DNA of 63,244 nt, filler included, from Sphacelaria rigidula (Eukaryota): the NCBI GenBank assembly GCA_964200075.2. It is 10 parts of 10 records of this genome, joined end to end, with 100 filler letters (N's around TTAATTAATTAA, not from the genome) between each part and the next. Parts side by side here need not be neighbours in the genome. Positions count along the whole stretch, not along the records: positions 57,011 to 63,244 come from CAXNAA020021337.1; 9 more parts are not named here. One strand, 5' to 3'. The notes under the pieces were generated by a model, which saw nothing but the letters and a program-made list of their open reading frames with translations, searched no databases and was not told the DNA's origin. A program made the position numbers and the translations under genes. The stretch's first letter is position 1. Every line of letters begins with the position of its first letter. Shown here piece by piece: positions 60,671 through 63,244 of this stretch.

Positions 60671-61888
60671 TGAATGGTTCAAGAAGCATAGTTTTTCCGG
60701 CTCTAGAGCAGTCAAGAGGAGAAATTTCAAAACAATCATCATTTCTATGTATTCACATGAATGATTGGGATCGAGTCGGTCCACCGAAAATACCGAAAAG
60801 CTAGAACCTGCGGTTGCACTTCCGCAGGACCCCCAAAGATCGGTCAAGCCCGAAAGCCACTCACTATTAATCGTATTTCGTCAATATTTGTCAAGAGGAT
60901 CATAATATATCCAGATCCCCATTTTTTTGCACCCAAAACTGACTGTAATGAGCGGTGACAAGCAACAGGAATTTGGGAAGTCTCCAAGCTATCAAGAAAT
61001 TACGTATTCCGCAGACTGCTGATGCTGACTACTGTAGGCACTCTCGGATGGAAGAACGGCACGCTTCAAGTTGGTAGCCGCTGCGCCTCCTCGTGTGCGA
61101 CGACCATCAGGTAGAACCGGTCAGATTAATGTTGAGCACCGGCACTTGGCACTTGACCTACGATACAATACCGCGAACGCTTTCATTCGTGGCACATTCA
61201 AGCATTTCCACCTGCCCGCAAACTCATGCTTCAAGAACGCAAGATTCAGACCAACGCTTTCCGGGGGGAATTCTCCGAAAATGTTCAAAGTACGAATACA
61301 AGTACCTCGTACTCTCGCTTGCTAGGAACACGCTGGCATCTAGCATGGGCCTGTACGGATCATCGTCTATCCCGAGCCATCTTGTGTGCATGTTTACTGA
61401 GCTACAGTTGGAATGTTTCGTCCAGTCAAACATCGTCGAGTGCGCGATAAACAAGAAACAACAAAAAATTAGTGTTTTCCTTGTTTGAGTTGGACCCTTT
61501 CGCCGCGCTCGGTCTCTCCACAACAACAGTATGATCAAAAGTTTACCGTAGGAAAGTATCGGCAGCCGGTACGACTGTGACCTCTGTGCTTTCCCGTAGC
61601 AGTGTGGCCAATCTGCTCTAATCTCCCCTGCAGATGATCACTGGCGTACTTCATGATCTTGGATCTTAGAATACTGTACCATGACGTTCCTTCGGTTCGC
61701 ATCAAGATAACAAGTTCAGTATAACACAAAGTCCACATCCGGATTGGAACACAAAGAAACACAAGGGGAAGAATGCAAATTTAAGGGGGGGGGGGGCGTT
61801 ATCGCATAGTGAAGTACAGAACGGTACAGCACCCCTTAAACAGTGTCCTCACCGGCCCTTGTGTCTTGAGTAACACCGCCCCGAACAC

Positions 61889-62005
61889 CTTGTGTTGTGC
61901 AGCCGCGCCCAATGCCCGCAGGGCTTCCTTCGCGCTCCGTGAGAAGCCACTCGCTGCGGCTTTCATGCAAACGCTGAGGGGTACCATTCCTCCCTCGCGT
62001 AGCAG
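61889..62005 (-). CDS. Internal exon of a probable armadillo-repeat protein
   Basis: GGCAG| LLREGGMVPLSVCMKAAASGFSRSAKEALRALGAAAQHK |GTGTTC; 117 nt, phase 0; EGGxxPL..A..AL fits the ARM pattern. Confidence 0.55.
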
Positions 62006-63105
62006 CTGCCATGCACAATACCAACAACAAGCGAGCTTCCACTTCAGCCGGAAATGCTGAGCGATCTAAAACTCTCCGTGATGATGAATCATGATGCGCT
62101 ACAACTACACCATACACTGCTTGGTAACGCTTCATGCATGCTTTGACGCGTGCTTTTCATGTGTGTTATCTTCGTTCTATATTACAGTAGTATTAACAGT
62201 GTCAACAAATCATGCCTCAGGCTTTTCTAGGCGCATGAGGAAGAGAGGCTTGGCACCACATTTCCGGGTCATGCGCCTAGCGAACAATCTATAAAACTAC
62301 ACACGTGAGACTGGTTCCACACACGCAGAATGTCGGAAACCCAATGGAACCGAAGACCAACACCAACATTAAAAACACCGCGCGTGGATATCGCAGCCGG
62401 TCCAACACGCGATACTCTTTCTAATCGAGAAACCCCGCATCTGAAGAGAACTCAAGACACTACTCTGGCTAGTTGCCACAACACGGATGCGAAACCGGCT
62501 TATCCTCGACACCAGTCACGACACACGCAATGACCCTCTGCAGTGTAGACACCGACCACAAATGCCCTCTGCATTGTACACAGTTGTGTGTATACGAGCG
62601 CCACATGGTCACTTGGAAATCACATTTGGAGTACAGCCACCTGCTGATCATGTTGACTACTTCGAAGTACAAAATAAGAACAATACAAGGTCAGCTCAAA
62701 CAATGTACAGTCCTGGGCATCAACAGCCAGGGCTATGAAAAGCACCGCATAAGACACTACGGCACACTATGCTGCACCGCCTGGAGGGACCACAACACGG
62801 GTAACCAAGCTCGAGGGGTTCGAATGGACAGCGGCCACAAACAATGACATTTACAAGCTAGGCTGCAACATTGCGTCAACCAGGTGATGTTTGTTTTATT
62901 GTGGTATGTTCGCTTCTTCGTATCAGAGATCGCCGCCTGCAGCAGCCACGGGCAATCACCAACCATCTCGAGCATCATCTCACGCATCACGCCACGCTCT
63001 CGCAAAACGCAAATAACGCCGCCGGAGGGCAACGTATTCAATGCCACGAATATGTGAGCTATCAAATGTACGAAACAAGACAAGGCACAGCTGGCGTGAA
63101 CATAA

Positions 63106-63129
63106 ATATATATATATATATATATATAT
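63106..63129 (+). repeat. (TA)n microsatellite
   Basis: Read directly. Confidence 0.9.
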
Positions 63130-63244
63130 CAAATAAGTTGCGACAACGATGGAATGGAGGGGGGGGGGGGGGGGGGGAAAAATAGGTAACAGTGTGATAA
63201 AACACAGCGGCAAGAATCAACAAAAGAAAAACACAAACAATATC

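Noticed and set aside
62757..63083. Possible further exon of the ARM-repeat gene
   Set aside because: No convincing acceptor/donor pair or motif

Overview
This window is not one locus. It is ten unrelated ~6.23-kb contigs (6235 bp x4, then 6234 bp x6, i.e. size-sorted) joined by nine artificial 100-bp spacers (N44-TTAATTAATTAA-N44), so nothing can be linked across a spacer. The DNA is eukaryotic, intron-rich and dominated by transposable elements. A stramenopile-type ASAFAP plastid presequence, flagellar genes and the look of the repeats point to a brown alga, probably a kelp (inference). Host-gene exons are: ZMYND12-like and a divergent HxT (2H-phosphoesterase-like) gene, a G-patch exon with a GC donor, the last exon of ZMAT2/Snu23, a 50-Gln exon, a SHIPPO/ODF3-like first exon head-to-head with a plastid-targeted gene, and an ARM-repeat exon. 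Mobile DNA includes a decayed Ty3/Gypsy element with its LTR, RTE and RTEX-like LINE remnants, probable Helitron and Sola/DUF7869-like relics, and many MITEs, several with readable TSDs (hAT, Sola-like, piggyBac-like, Ginger-like, EnSpm-like, Tc1/mariner-like). No CRISPR array, rRNA, tRNA or prokaryotic system is visible. The best leads are: (1) a LINE family without a poly(A) tail that inserts into C-runs, repeatedly just upstream of 3' splice sites; (2) a Gypsy element with a perfect 14-bp palindrome where the tRNA primer-binding site should be; (3) several ~250-bp MITE families with 4-bp TSDs that share a position-fixed CTRCGATAG core in their TIRs. All family assignments come from motif recognition by eye; no searches were run.
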